In this document: positions 63,849 through 64,000 of the stretch, in pieces
How positions within the stretch are numbered: position 1 is the first letter of the stretch
Layout: each line of letters starts with the position of its first letter
DNA from: the human T2T-CHM13v2.0 reference genome, Homo sapiens
DNA: 64,000 nt
Direction: 5' to 3' (one strand)
Assembly (NCBI RefSeq): GCF_009914755.1
Contig: NC_060930.1
Position numbers and translations under genes: made by a program
The notes under the pieces: generated by a model
What the model saw: the letters and a program-made list of their open reading frames with translations, nothing else
What the model was told of the DNA's origin: nothing
The model's database searches: none

Positions 63849-63854
63849 TAACTC

Positions 63855-63980
63855 TTTTTTTTTTTTTTTTTTTTTTTGAGACAGACTCTTCCTCTGTCAC
63901 CCAGGCTGGAGTGTAGTGATGTGATCATGGCTCACTGCAGCCTCAACCTCCCAGTCTCAAGCAATCCTCCCACATCAATC
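63855..63980 (-). mobile_element. AluJ right-arm fragment
   Basis: T tail plus right arm. Confidence 0.85.
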
Positions 63981-64000
63981 CTCTCACCCAGCTCTCAGTG

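Overview
Primate (by my recollection of the protein, human) genomic DNA from the DEK locus (6p22.3). DEK lies on the minus strand. Its CpG-island promoter and non-coding exon 1 are at about 32.5-32.8 kb, and coding exons 2-9 are at 32129-31985, 26546-26445, 26203-26094, 24596-24502, 23993-23873, 17981-17793, 5656-5521 and 4740-4592. All introns are GT-AG and the phases are [10 protein letters not shown], giving 1047 nt = aa 1-349. The final exons lie left of the window. Bases 1-4591 are intron 9, the t(6;9) DEK-NUP214 breakpoint intron, and contain an L1PA 3' half. The rest is about 45 Alus, L1/L2/MIR relics, LTRs (THE1, MST, MER52, LTR16, MLT2, MLT1), DNA transposon fossils, a Y3 RNA retro-pseudogene and a second CpG-island promoter at about 45.3-46.0 kb with strong splice donors. 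Almost all ORFs in the six-frame track are repeat or GC artefacts. I see no wholly new gene system. The best leads are: a phase 0-0, 285-nt exon 8-9 unit flanked by inverted Alus, which would form a stop-less (rolling-circle) circRNA ORF; the second promoter, possibly a distal RNF144B/lncRNA first exon; an MER52 LTR promoter pointing into DEK; and several template-switch scars in Alus. Repeat subfamily names are from memory of consensus sequences and boundaries are approximate unless TSDs are quoted.
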